Virus record (IMG/VR): IMGVR_UViG_3300036715_001160
Length of the DNA: 64,000 bases
Origin: an uncultured virus (IMG/VR IMGVR_UViG_3300036715_001160)
Taxonomy: Duplodnaviria > Heunggongvirae > Uroviricota > Caudoviricetes
Reading direction: 5' to 3' (one strand)
Below the pieces are notes generated by a model. That model saw only the letters and a list, made by a program, of their open reading frames with translations, did not search any database and was not told where the DNA came from. Shown here in pieces: positions 55,738 to 64,000 of the stretch; the stretch's first letter is position 1; every line of letters begins with the position of its first letter. Position numbers and translations under genes: made by a program.

Positions 55738-57942
55738 TTATTTTAAATTTTTAAATGGTGATCTGTTAAATTTTTGATTTTCACCTAATCCACTTCTACC
55801 CATATGTCTAAAAGGACTACTCTTTAAGGTATACAAATTTTTTGAATTTTCCAATTTTTTACTTGCCTCATCTCTCACAATTCTTTTTGTGTAACCCATA
55901 TTGGCTTGTTGAATTTTAAGAAATGAAACTAATGCAGCAAAAGCTACTAACCTATCCACGTTGAGTCCATCTTGATAAGCCTGCATTTCTTTCATTAACA
56001 TTATATCCGGTATTCTTTCTACACCATAATGTATTTTTACAGTAGTACCATCATCTTTCTGTATATGATCTATCTCTTCAGTTAAAAAATCTTGAGTATA
56101 ACTGATCATATGATTCTTGAATAGCACACCTGTATTTCTCCATCCGTATTCCTGGAATACATTTGCATTAGATCCTAAATCTTTTAAGAATACTATTTTG
56201 TTTCTTGGTACAAGATATCTTTGTTTCTTTCTTGATATCATGTGATTTATAAATTGAGATATGTTATTCTCTACTATAGTCCATGCATTATACCATTCTA
56301 TTATTAACTCTAATCTCTCATGTGTTTTATTAATATCATCAAATCTTCCGCACCATGCTGCTACAATTTTATCTCTTTCTATAAATGTCTCAGCCTCACC
56401 ATTAGTAACCTTAGTTACTTCAACTGGAGCTTTCATTATATATATGGAACATAGTGAGTCTGAGGTAGTTGTCTTTCCCTCTGCAACAGGGTCAATACTA
56501 CCATAGTACATTCCAAATGTAGGATCTGGTACCGGTCTTTCCCATACTACTAATGTACCTGTTTTATCTTCTGTCTTTTTAGATATAGGAAACTCTGCTA
56601 TTGGTAATTTATTAGTAGCTTTTACTTTTACTTTACCAGTTTCATCTCTAGATATATCAAGAAACTCTGAAGAGTATTCTTTTTCTTCTATTCTTTTTAT
56701 CTGAGCATTTACAAGATGAGGTGGGAACTTAGCCTCTTTTCTAAATGCAAATGCCTCTTCTATATTTCTTGGATGTTGAGATACCTCAAGTTGATAATCT
56801 TTAGGTTCTTTATTTTTCTTGATTTCTTCAAAATATTCATCTAAAGCAATTAATGCTTCTTGGACAAGTGAATTACCATAGATATCTATATAAGGAGGCA
56901 TAGACCATTGTTCAGGTATAAATAATCCTGATTCTCCCCATGTATTATCTTTATCTATTAGATTAGTTTTAACTGGATATATATCATTACTGATTGGATC
57001 AAGTATCATTTTTTTTAAAGGACCACATTGATCAAGATCTCCTACTGATCCTGCAGCAATAAATAATCCTGTAGTAATCATACCAGACTTAAGTGCTGGT
57101 TTAATATATCCAAAGGTTGTATCCATCTTGGGAGCAATTCCTGCTTCCTCATGAAAAAAGAATTTTACCGGACCCCCTACACCATTTGTTGGATCTTTTT
57201 CAAAAGACATACCTTGCATAGTACCTTTAAGTCCTATTTCAGCTTTTCTATCTCCTTTTCTTATCTCAATTTTTTGTTGCCACATCATTATTTTATCTGG
57301 AGACATAGGTCTATACCATGCAGTATGTTCATTTAAGAATGCTGCATACTCAGATAAAAACTTCCATGTACCTTTCTCATTGATATAATCTTTAAGTGAT
57401 GCACCCATTTTTAATGTGACCCCTGCTTCAAACCATAACTGATTAATGAGTTTACCTGCATGAAAATATGAACTAGCTATCTGTCTTTTTTTAAGAATAG
57501 CTACGTGCATGTAGTTTATTTCTGCAAGTATCTCATATAAAGCCATATGATATTGTGCATCTCTTATCTTAGCAAATCCAAATTTTTGTTCTTCCTTATC
57601 AAAAATAGGTAAGAAGTTTAACCACATATAATAATCTCTTGTAAGGAACCAGGTTTTAGGTCCTGATTTAATTATCATACCTAATCTGCATTTAGCTTTT
57701 TGGTCTTCCCAATAGTTAATAAAATCTTTAGATTTAAATGGAGCTACACAATATACTTTTTCTATATTAAATCTTGTTGACTCAGATATAAATACTTTAT
57801 TACTGACATCATCAAAATCATATTCACCAGGCTCTTTAAATAATGCAAACACAAACTCACCAAATTCTTTTCTTGTACCAAAAGATGTAGTAGTCCATGT
57901 TCCATTATCCCAGGTGGGAATATCCGTGTACATATTTTCCAT
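55738..57942 (-). CDS. terL: Terminase large subunit
   Basis: Walker A-like LKKRQIASSY, Walker B FFFHEEAG, RNase H-like nuclease YGSIDPV, IVENN, NVDRLV; uninterrupted. Confidence 0.9.
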   Translation of the reverse strand: MENMYTDIPTWDNGTWTTTSFGTRKEFGEFVFALFKEPGEYDFDDVSNKVFISESTRFNIEKVYCVAPFKSKDFINYWEDQKAKCRLGMIIKSGPKTWFLTRDYYMWLNFLPIFDKEEQKFGFAKIRDAQYHMALYEILAEINYMHVAILKKRQIASSYFHAGKLINQLWFEAGVTLKMGASLKDYINEKGTWKFLSEYAAFLNEHTAWYRPMSPDKIMMWQQKIEIRKGDRKAEIGLKGTMQGMSFEKDPTNGVGGPVKFFFHEEAGIAPKMDTTFGYIKPALKSGMITTGLFIAAGSVGDLDQCGPLKKMILDPISNDIYPVKTNLIDKDNTWGESGLFIPEQWSMPPYIDIYGNSLVQEALIALDEYFEEIKKNKEPKDYQLEVSQHPRNIEEAFAFRKEAKFPPHLVNAQIKRIEEKEYSSEFLDISRDETGKVKVKATNKLPIAEFPISKKTEDKTGTLVVWERPVPDPTFGMYYGSIDPVAEGKTTTSDSLCSIYIMKAPVEVTKVTNGEAETFIERDKIVAAWCGRFDDINKTHERLELIIEWYNAWTIVENNISQFINHMISRKKQRYLVPRNKIVFLKDLGSNANVFQEYGWRNTGVLFKNHMISYTQDFLTEEIDHIQKDDGTTVKIHYGVERIPDIMLMKEMQAYQDGLNVDRLVAFAALVSFLKIQQANMGYTKRIVRDEASKKLENSKNLYTLKSSPFRHMGRSGLGENQKFNRSPFKNLK

Positions 57943-57944
57943 AA

Positions 57945-58460
57945 TTAACTATCATAAGATAAACCAATTCCTCCTCTAACTTTACTAGATTGTTCTTCCT
58001 GTAAATCTTTATATACTCCCTTAAAAGAAGCTCTAATAAGATCAAAGTTCTTTGCTGCAGCAACTAATGAATTTATATTACCATCTCTTCCTGCAGTAAT
58101 TGGAGTAGTCTCCATATATCTAGCTAATCTATCTAACATAGATGCCATACCTTTATATGCTCTATATGTAGGAGTCTCATATAATCTTTGGCAGAATACT
58201 AATGCTTGATATATTGTTTTATCCTCAGTAGAAAATTCAGCTTTTATCTCAGCTAGAATTAAATCTTCTTTATCTATCTCTGGTGTGTGAAAGAATGGAT
58301 TCATATCAGGATTAGGACATGTCATATAAAACAAGTACTGATATATCTTAATGTAGTTTTCCGGATATTCATCCATAACATCCTTAAGTGCATGTAGGGT
58401 ATAACAATGTTCAGTTGGTATTACTACATTATTTTGTACATCAAATAGTTTTATTAACAT
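57945..58460 (-). CDS. Putative terminase small subunit
   Basis: Helical 171-aa protein directly upstream of TerL, ending KVRGG; called on position only. Confidence 0.45.
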   Translation of the reverse strand: MLIKLFDVQNNVVIPTEHCYTLHALKDVMDEYPENYIKIYQYLFYMTCPNPDMNPFFHTPEIDKEDLILAEIKAEFSTEDKTIYQALVFCQRLYETPTYRAYKGMASMLDRLARYMETTPITAGRDGNINSLVAAAKNFDLIRASFKGVYKDLQEEQSSKVRGGIGLSYDS

Positions 58461-58461
58461 G

Positions 58462-58755
58462 TTAAAAAGGATTTATTACTTTTGGTTTAGACTTTATATT
58501 AAATAGTTTTTTAAAGCCATCTATAAATCCAGTAGCAAGATATGGATTAAGAAATAAATGATCATTGTTAACTACAACATATCCTTTTAAATACTCTTCT
58601 TCAATTTCTGAATAGTTTTTACTTATTTTTTGATTAGGTTTAATCTTTACAAGTATTTTACCTTTATATCTAAATAATACTAAACCTGAATAACCTAATA
58701 TAACTGTTCTACCTGGGTAGTTCTTGTCATAATTTCTTACTTCATAAAATTTCAT
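58462..58755 (-). CDS. Hypothetical protein (97 aa)
   Basis: Co-oriented ORF filling the gap between neighbours. Confidence 0.6.
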   Translation of the reverse strand: MKFYEVRNYDKNYPGRTVILGYSGLVLFRYKGKILVKIKPNQKISKNYSEIEEEYLKGYVVVNNDHLFLNPYLATGFIDGFKKLFNIKSKPKVINPF

Positions 58756-58757
58756 AA

Positions 58758-59564
58758 TTATAAATTTTTAATTATAGCAATTACTTCTTCTTTTAAATAT
58801 GGTATCTCCATTGGTATTACTTGTTTAATTTCTGGATCTCCTTGATCAGTATATTTAGTAATAGGATATCCCCATTCATCTACTCCATCTAAGTCAAATG
58901 TAACATGATGTATAAACAATTTACCCGGTTTTAATTTTGGGTTATGCTTTAACATAATATACATATATATACTTAATTGTAGTGCATAGTGGTTAAAATT
59001 ACAATCATCCAAATGTGATACAGGTTCCTGTAATTTGTCACTAATCCCATCCCAATCCTTATATGATTCAACATCAATCTTCTTATTTGTCTTGTAATCA
59101 ATGATATTTATCCTATCATTAACTACTTCTACTAAATCTGATTGACCACATATACCTGCAGACTTTAAATAAACCATATGTTCAGGATATACACCTTGTT
59201 CTAATTTCTGAGAAGGAGCATACTTTAAATTGTTTACTTCAGGTACCGGAGTTATGATTGGTATTATCACACCATCTACTTCCAATGAAGATAGACTGCA
59301 TAGATCTGATTCTCTTTGATTATGATAAAAGGTCCCTAATGATGTAGCTCTTAGTGCTTCACTATCCCAGATTTGAAGTATTTTTTCTGGTGCTATACCA
59401 AACCATTTTGATTTTTTTTGTTTAGAGCATCTAGCAGCTACTTTAACTTTATCAAATGGCTTTTTTAATTTTGATATAAGACTTGTTACACTAGTCCATT
59501 TGATAGATTCTTCACCTTCAGTACTAGTATAACTATGGTCATCTGCTTTAAATACTATACTCAT
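58758..59564 (-). CDS. PD-(D/E)xK exonuclease (Cas4/RecB-like)
   Basis: SVTSLI, GTFYH, GQSDLV, IIDYKTNK, YALQLSIY. Confidence 0.85.
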   Translation of the reverse strand: MSIVFKADDHSYTSTEGEESIKWTSVTSLISKLKKPFDKVKVAARCSKQKKSKWFGIAPEKILQIWDSEALRATSLGTFYHNQRESDLCSLSSLEVDGVIIPIITPVPEVNNLKYAPSQKLEQGVYPEHMVYLKSAGICGQSDLVEVVNDRINIIDYKTNKKIDVESYKDWDGISDKLQEPVSHLDDCNFNHYALQLSIYMYIMLKHNPKLKPGKLFIHHVTFDLDGVDEWGYPITKYTDQGDPEIKQVIPMEIPYLKEEVIAIIKNL

Positions 59565-59566
59565 CT

Positions 59567-59866
59567 TTATAATTTTTCTAGTTTATCTTCATCTTCTTCT
59601 GTAATAACTGCTTTCCATCTTAAGTCTGGACAGTCTGATGATAATGATCTTGTTTTAAATGTAAGTGAACATCCACATAAATTACAACATGGTTGCGTCC
59701 CTGGCATTACACATGATGAACCTTTAGTATCTTTTCTTATACATACATTACATAACTCCATTCTATCTGCTGAAATCTTTTCTACAAAGGCATCTCTTAT
59801 TACAGAGTTCTTAATACCTTCCATAATCTGTTTTCTATTGTTCCAAATTTCCTTTAGCTTTACCAT
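59567..59866 (-). CDS. Cys-rich Zn-binding protein (99 aa)
   Basis: R..LCNVC...C..PG..PCCNLCGC.L..K.RSL...CP...W. Confidence 0.7.
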   Translation of the reverse strand: MVKLKEIWNNRKQIMEGIKNSVIRDAFVEKISADRMELCNVCIRKDTKGSSCVMPGTQPCCNLCGCSLTFKTRSLSSDCPDLRWKAVITEEDEDKLEKL

Positions 59867-60224
59867 CTGCTTTATCCTTTAAAAATTTATCTTTAATTTC
59901 TTTATCTGCTTTTAGCATTTTATCTGCTTTCTCTAATAATATAACTTTAGCTTCTATTCTTTTCTTATAGTTATAATTGGCCATAGTATCAGTATTTAGT
60001 GTTTCAATACTATTATGATACTTATCCAAGAGTGCAGTAACTAATCTAGGTTTAATTGACATGATTCCTAAACCATCTAAGTTTATTCTGATATGATTTA
60101 ACTCAGTTAGATTCTTTCTTATCTCTTTATAGTAGAAAGTCATGAAATTATCTACAAGTGTTTCTGAGACATTTAAATCTTCAGCAACTTGTTTATATAG
60201 TATATTAGGTTTTTTTGGGATCAT
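59835..60224 (-). CDS. HU/IHF-like DNA-binding protein
   Basis: LYKQVAEDLNVSE..V......IRK.L.....RINLDGLG.M pattern. Confidence 0.55.
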   Translation of the reverse strand: MIPKKPNILYKQVAEDLNVSETLVDNFMTFYYKEIRKNLTELNHIRINLDGLGIMSIKPRLVTALLDKYHNSIETLNTDTMANYNYKKRIEAKVILLEKADKMLKADKEIKDKFLKDKADGKAKGNLEQ

Positions 60225-60583
60225 CTTCCTAAAAATTTATAATCTAATAATATATCTCCTTCTGTTTGTACTTGCAAGATAGGATTTAATCTGATAAGTT
60301 TTTTATCTACATCATCTTTAATTACTAACATAGTCTTCATTGCTTTATTAATTGCATTTCTAACTGTTTGTGGAGACTTAAATATCATCTGTTCATCAGA
60401 AGAAGCATCATAACAAAAATGAGTTAATTCAATAGGTCCTGACATGCTCAATAATGTTAAACAGTTTAAGTCAGAATCACTCACCACTATATGATTAATA
60501 TAGCAGTGAGATAATATCTGAAATTTAACAATTTCCCATTTAGGCATTACAGCACGTTTCTGTACTTGATTTACTAATGCCAT
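60221..60583 (-). CDS. Putative winged-HTH DNA-binding protein
   Basis: SPQTVRNAINKA.K..LV.K.....I.LNP. Confidence 0.5.
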   Translation of the reverse strand: MALVNQVQKRAVMPKWEIVKFQILSHCYINHIVVSDSDLNCLTLLSMSGPIELTHFCYDASSDEQMIFKSPQTVRNAINKAMKTMLVIKDDVDKKLIRLNPILQVQTEGDILLDYKFLGR

Positions 60584-60589
60584 AAGTTC

Positions 60590-60865
60590 TTATTGAGTTT
60601 TAAGTTTTCTTTCTTGTTCTGGTGATGGTGCATTAATTTCTTCTTCACCTTCAGTAGGTGGGTTCATCATCATTGCAAGTTGATAGTTAATACTTGTTCT
60701 TTTGAATCTAGCCTCATCAATTTCACATAGTACTTTCTCATACTCTAGTTGTGCTGTTAAATAAGGAATTGATTCTGTGTAAAATTTAAGCATATCAGCC
60801 TTTCTTTCTGCTAATTCTTCTGCTGTTAACTCTACTTCTTCTTGATGTTGGTTTTCTGTACTCAT
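60590..60865 (-). CDS. Hypothetical acidic coiled-coil protein (91 aa)
   Basis: ORF preceded by a TATATTTG promoter-like element. Confidence 0.7.
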   Translation of the reverse strand: MSTENQHQEEVELTAEELAERKADMLKFYTESIPYLTAQLEYEKVLCEIDEARFKRTSINYQLAMMMNPPTEGEEEINAPSPEQERKLKTQ

Positions 60866-60888
60866 AATATATATTTTAAATGTTTACA

Positions 60889-60914
60889 CAAATATACAAA
60901 ATAAGTTTAAACTT
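60889..60914 (-). promoter_or_regulatory. Bacteroidota-type -7 element TATATTTG with upstream AAGTTTAAACTT palindrome
   Basis: caaatata at 60889-60896 reads TATATTTG on the minus strand (TAnnTTTG consensus), 24 nt before ATG 60865; palindrome at 60903-60914. Confidence 0.55.
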
Positions 60915-60924
60915 TTAGTATTTA

Positions 60925-60959
60925 AAATAAAAAACTCAGGTACGTTAATTACCTGAGTT
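60925..60959 (-). terminator. Rho-independent terminator ending the lysis block
   Basis: aactcaggta (60933-60942) / tacctgagtt (60950-60959) plus minus-strand T-tract. Confidence 0.85.
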
Positions 60960-60981
60960 CTATATTATATATGTGTAGTTA

Positions 60982-61140
60982 TTATCTATTTTTAATTGTA
61001 AAGTTTAATATGGTCAACATGTAAAAGCTTCTATCAATATCAAATTCAATAGTGAATAAGTCTAAAGCTCCAAGACGGATTCTTACACAGGCTTTATCCC
61101 ATTGTTTATTTTTTATCTTCCAAGCATTTCTTAATTTCAT
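60982..61140 (-). CDS. Small hypothetical protein, 52 aa (not in ORF track)
   Basis: MKLRNAWKIKNKQWDKACVRIRLGALDLFTIEFDIDRSFYMLTILNFTIKNR*; ATGA overlap with upstream stop. Confidence 0.65.
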   Translation of the reverse strand: MKLRNAWKIKNKQWDKACVRIRLGALDLFTIEFDIDRSFYMLTILNFTIKNR

Positions 61141-61739
61141 ACTATTACTAGATCTTTAGATTCTATTAGTGTATAAGTAAAGTGATTACCGTGTATTTTT
61201 TCTGCTATTTTACAGATCTTCATAAACTCATCAAAGTCTCTTACTCTTTTAAATACTTGACATCCTTCTGACCAGTTTTCTACCCATGTAGAATTTTGAC
61301 CTGCTTTGTGGATATTAATACCAAACATACCATTATCTCTTATTACTTCATCAAATGTAAGATCTTTATTATGATCTCTAAAAATAGTTACAGTACCATT
61401 TCTTTGACATAAGGCTTCATATTTACCTTGATGTTTATCAATTGAATATACGCCTCTGTATTGTCCTGGAATAAGTTTTGCTGCACCTTTTGGGTTATGA
61501 TACTCCATTACACCTTTTTTACCTGGCTCAGTTGTATTCATCCATTCATGATATTTCCAAATACCTTTATCATCTTTATATGATATTGTAATTAAATCAT
61601 CAAATACATTAGTTACTTTTTTACCAGTAGAACTATTACGGACACCAACAATATTAACATCATAACCTTTATTTGCATTATCTTCAAACCATTTATAACC
61701 TTTTGAAATAACAGCATTTCTAATTTGACTTAATATCAT
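61137..61739 (-). CDS. Putative peptidoglycan-active enzyme, YkuD/L,D-transpeptidase-like
   Basis: TTEPG, LIPGQY, GINIHKAG...NWSEGCQV: H-x14-15-S-x-G-C catalytic-type motif. Confidence 0.6.
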   Translation of the reverse strand: MILSQIRNAVISKGYKWFEDNANKGYDVNIVGVRNSSTGKKVTNVFDDLITISYKDDKGIWKYHEWMNTTEPGKKGVMEYHNPKGAAKLIPGQYRGVYSIDKHQGKYEALCQRNGTVTIFRDHNKDLTFDEVIRDNGMFGINIHKAGQNSTWVENWSEGCQVFKRVRDFDEFMKICKIAEKIHGNHFTYTLIESKDLVIV

Positions 61740-62047
61740 TTTGTACTTTTAAGGTGAAAACTAATTAGTTTACCAACTGTATCAGATAACTCACCAATTT
61801 TAGCAGCCATATTCTTAATCTCTTGTTGAGTTGTTTCTGTGATCAACTGATATTTAAGTCTATGTTCTTGTTCAAGTAATTCTATTTTACCTTTTAATCT
61901 ACCCTCCTCTTCTGTATGAGCATGATCATTAGTTTTAAGAACTTGTACATCTGCAATTATTGATGTGTGTGTTGTTTTTAAAAAGTATCCTATAAGTGTT
62001 ATTATAAAACCTATAACAAATAAACCTATTGTAAGTATTGAATCCAT
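61736..62047 (-). CDS. Membrane-anchored coiled-coil protein (holin/antiholin/spanin-like)
   Basis: N-terminal TM helix followed by coiled coil; within the lysis block. Confidence 0.5.
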   Translation of the reverse strand: MDSILTIGLFVIGFIITLIGYFLKTTHTSIIADVQVLKTNDHAHTEEEGRLKGKIELLEQEHRLKYQLITETTQQEIKNMAAKIGELSDTVGKLISFHLKSTK

Positions 62048-62120
62048 GGTAATAAAAATAAAAAATAATATATATTCTAATATAGTAATATTTTACTAGA
62101 TACAGTGCACCTTTTTAAAA

Positions 62121-62333
62121 TTAATTTGTTGATTCCACGGTTAACTGTGATAATGTGGCAGTTACAGTTCCAGCTAATAATAAATATCCACTAGCTGATA
62201 CCAATAATGCAGGTAATGCTACAGGAGAAGCAATAATAATTCCTCCTATTGTTCCTGCTATGATACCAATTTTTTGCATTTTTTTCCAAAATGTTGGTGT
62301 CTTAGTGTTCCATCTTTGTTGTAAATTTTTCAT
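62121..62333 (-). CDS. Holin-like protein
   Basis: RW..KTP.FWKK followed by two hydrophobic helices; adjacent to lysozyme. Confidence 0.6.
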   Translation of the reverse strand: MKNLQQRWNTKTPTFWKKMQKIGIIAGTIGGIIIASPVALPALLVSASGYLLLAGTVTATLSQLTVESTN

Positions 62334-62337
62334 AATC

Positions 62338-62784
62338 TTATTTTTTAATGTATAAATCTGCTTCTTTTCTTCTTCTTTTTAATAATCCAGGAAGTAACTT
62401 TCCACCTCCTGTAACATAATGGTTTATCCACCAATCATAGATAACCTCATCAGTAGCCTTTTGATTAATTAATCTAAATAAAGCTTCTGAACTACCACAA
62501 TTCCAGCAAAAAGATACTAGTGCATCAAATTGGTTTTGGTTTAAAATAACCTTTATATTCCTATCTACAGTAGCTTCATACTTAGGAAGCAACTCTAAAA
62601 ATAATTCATTAGCTCTTTCTTGAGTAATCTTATCACCTAATTTAAATTTGCTGCCATCTTTCCTAGCTGTGTTTCCATACCCAATAGTTATTGGTAATCC
62701 ACCAGTTCCAGGATCAACATAAGCTTTTAACTTACATCCTTCAAATCCCTTAATTAGGTCTATGCCTTGTTGTGAAGTTTTCAT
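62338..62784 (-). CDS. Endolysin, GH24 phage lysozyme
   Basis: GIDLIKGFEGCKLKAYVD...TIGYG, LNQNQFDALVSF..N.G, GL.KRR.KE..LY. Confidence 0.92.
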   Translation of the reverse strand: MKTSQQGIDLIKGFEGCKLKAYVDPGTGGLPITIGYGNTARKDGSKFKLGDKITQERANELFLELLPKYEATVDRNIKVILNQNQFDALVSFCWNCGSSEALFRLINQKATDEVIYDWWINHYVTGGGKLLPGLLKRRRKEADLYIKK

Positions 62785-62796
62785 AAATTATAATAC

Positions 62797-63033
62797 TTAC
62801 ATTATGTTACCCGGTGCATCCGGGGGAACAGGAAATTCTGTTTTATCTTGCACTACACCACCCTCTTCAAAAAAATGATTTAACATTGCCTCATCTGCAG
62901 GAGTTAAATCTGCAGTAGCTTTATCAATCTTTATAGTGTCATCATATTCACTATCTGCTATCCATTTTAGGACAGTCCAGTCTACACCCTCTTTATTTGT
63001 GTAAACTTCATATTTATAAAAAAAATGTGACAT
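62797..63033 (-). CDS. Hypothetical protein (78 aa)
   Basis: Co-oriented ORF between the structural paralogs and lysozyme. Confidence 0.6.
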   Translation of the reverse strand: MSHFFYKYEVYTNKEGVDWTVLKWIADSEYDDTIKIDKATADLTPADEAMLNHFFEEGGVVQDKTEFPVPPDAPGNIM

Positions 63034-63034
63034 A

Positions 63035-63562
63035 TTAATTACGTTCTACTGGTCTAAATACTATACTTCTTAATCCTGTTGTTGTTGCTGCAGCATCTAC
63101 ATATAAAGCAAATGTTCCTGCTCCTGCTGCTGCAGTATTTGCATATCCATTACTTGTAGTGTCATTTTTTACAAAATCTCCTGGGTTAGAAGGGTTTACA
63201 CCCGTAGCAACAACTAATGCTTTTACAGTACCATGATATGTCATAGGAACAGTTACTCCTATAACATTTCCTTTACCATTTTCTACAATTCCTATAATTC
63301 CTTCTGTATCTGCTGCTAATGCTTGAAATCCAATTTGATTATTGACAGTAGAAGAAGAAACACCAACTCCTCCATCTAAAAAACCTGTAGTAGTTACCAT
63401 AGATTTTTGATTTGCATGTACAAAGTTATTACCATCCCACTCACGTTTTTTAGCATAAGTTGTGTCCCATACAGTATCACCTGCATTAGCTCCTGTAATA
63501 AGGATAATGTTAGCCCAAGTTTGGCTACCATAAGTAAAATGTCCTCTAGTTAATACTCCCAT
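63035..63562 (-). CDS. Decoration/fiber-like beta protein (start revised to ATG 63562)
   Basis: G/A/T-rich; GDTVWDT..K.REWDG..F, IIGIV, HGTVK; the track's start at 63574 overlaps the upstream gene's end. Confidence 0.55.
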   Translation of the reverse strand: MGVLTRGHFTYGSQTWANIILITGANAGDTVWDTTYAKKREWDGNNFVHANQKSMVTTTGFLDGGVGVSSSTVNNQIGFQALAADTEGIIGIVENGKGNVIGVTVPMTYHGTVKALVVATGVNPSNPGDFVKNDTTSNGYANTAAAGAGTFALYVDAAATTTGLRSIVFRPVERN

Positions 63563-63564
63563 AA

Positions 63565-64000
63565 TTAAAAACATTCTGCTGAATTAATCCAACAATTTAC
63601 TAATCTGTCTGCAGGCATTGTTGCAAATGCTTCTGCAATAACTCCAATTGAACCTGTTCCTCCAGTTTTTGACGCTGTTGAACTTGCTTCTCCGTTTGTT
63701 ATAGTAAGTTGAACAATATGTTGTCTTGTTGTAGTTGTGGTAGCGGCAGTAAATTTTATTTTGTAAAAACCTTTACAAGCTACAATTACTTTTGCTCCAT
63801 TTATTCCACCTCTGTAAACAACACCTATATGCCAATTATCTGCAAATGTATCAGCAAGTTCTACTGTAGCTTGACTAGCTGCAGGTAAAACATTATCTAT
63901 ATTAACTACCTGTCCTACTGATACTGTAGCTCCTGCATTGTTTACTACTTCTACACAATCATCATTTATCCAATTGGTTCCTGTCCAATATTCTTCTTTA
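63565..64000 (-). CDS. Partial decoration/fiber-like protein (5' end outside window), paralog of the downstream gene
   Basis: Hand translation: KEEYWTGTNWINDD...VGQVV...HIGVVYRGG..GAKVIVACKGFYKI...IGVIAEA...NCWINSAECF*. Confidence 0.65.
   Translation of the reverse strand, partial: KEEYWTGTNWINDDCVEVVNNAGATVSVGQVVNIDNVLPAASQATVELADTFADNWHIGVVYRGGINGAKVIVACKGFYKIKFTAATTTTTRQHIVQLTITNGEASSTASKTGGTGSIGVIAEAFATMPADRLVNCWINSAECF

Larger units (their letters stand above)
1..64000 (-). mobile_element. crAss-like (Crassvirales-related) bacteriophage genome segment: lysis, packaging, head, tail, cargo and virion RNAP modules
   Basis: Co-oriented TerL-portal-scaffold-MCP block, ring/muzzle tail genes and giant virion RNAP gene in the gene order typical of crAss-like phages; no host housekeeping genes; no Shine-Dalgarno-type leaders evident, as in Bacteroidota. 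Confidence 0.92.

Noticed and set aside
49962..57942. Introns or inteins in TerL, portal or MCP
   Set aside because: The ORFs are continuous, with no recognisable intein termini or homing-endonuclease motifs.
58758..59564. CRISPR-Cas system suggested by the Cas4-like nuclease
   Set aside because: No repeat-spacer array or other cas genes seen; standalone PD-(D/E)xK nucleases are common in phages.
14563..62355. Plus-strand ORFs in the track (e.g. 23882-24487, 45117-45593, 47262-47747, 59535-59882)
   Set aside because: Antisense shadows of long minus-strand genes, with low-information S/F/L-rich translations and no motifs.
1..64000. Stop-codon reassignment (known in some crAss-like phages)
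   Set aside because: Long genes are intact under the standard code, and TAG/TGA are used as real stops (e.g. 46671, 47012, 37621, 61137).
1..64000. tRNA/rRNA genes or a diversity-generating retroelement
   Set aside because: Intergenic gaps are too short or AT-rich, no cloverleaf seen, and no reverse transcriptase or TR/VR pair noticed.

Overview
The whole 64 kb window is a very AT-rich, gene-dense segment of a crAss-like (Crassvirales-related, Bacteroidota-infecting) phage genome. Essentially all real genes are on the minus strand and use the standard code. In transcription order (right to left) it holds: two paralogous decoration/fiber-like genes; a lysis block (GH24 lysozyme, holin-like proteins, a YkuD-like H..SxGC protein); small DNA-binding/Zn-finger genes and a PD-(D/E)xK exonuclease; a terminase small-subunit candidate, TerL, portal, acidic scaffold-like protein and major capsid protein; an inserted cluster of seven small Lys-rich proteins; ring, auxiliary-capsid and Cys-rich tail/fiber genes; a muzzle/tail-stabilization protein; four cargo/ejection-type proteins; a 2262-aa protein with a nuclease domain; and a giant ORF of at least 3889 codons that runs off the left edge. 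That last ORF is missing from the ORF track. It encodes the virion RNA polymerase (DYDVD) fused to two ADP-ribosyltransferase-like domains, a zincin protease and linker-delimited accessory modules. The main second-look items are: (1) a recurring xxGG motif punctuating the cargo and small basic proteins, a possible processing or packaging signal; (2) a 3'-UTR hairpin whose loop is complementary to a motif at four translation-initiation regions, a possible phage sRNA; (3) conserved linkers (TQSSTSV; DIE[K/R]RR...KYDA[E/K]L) bounding apparently exchangeable domain cassettes in the giant proteins; and (4) a positionally conserved TATATT(T)A/G promoter-like motif. All functional calls come from motif recognition and synteny by eye. 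No database searches were run.
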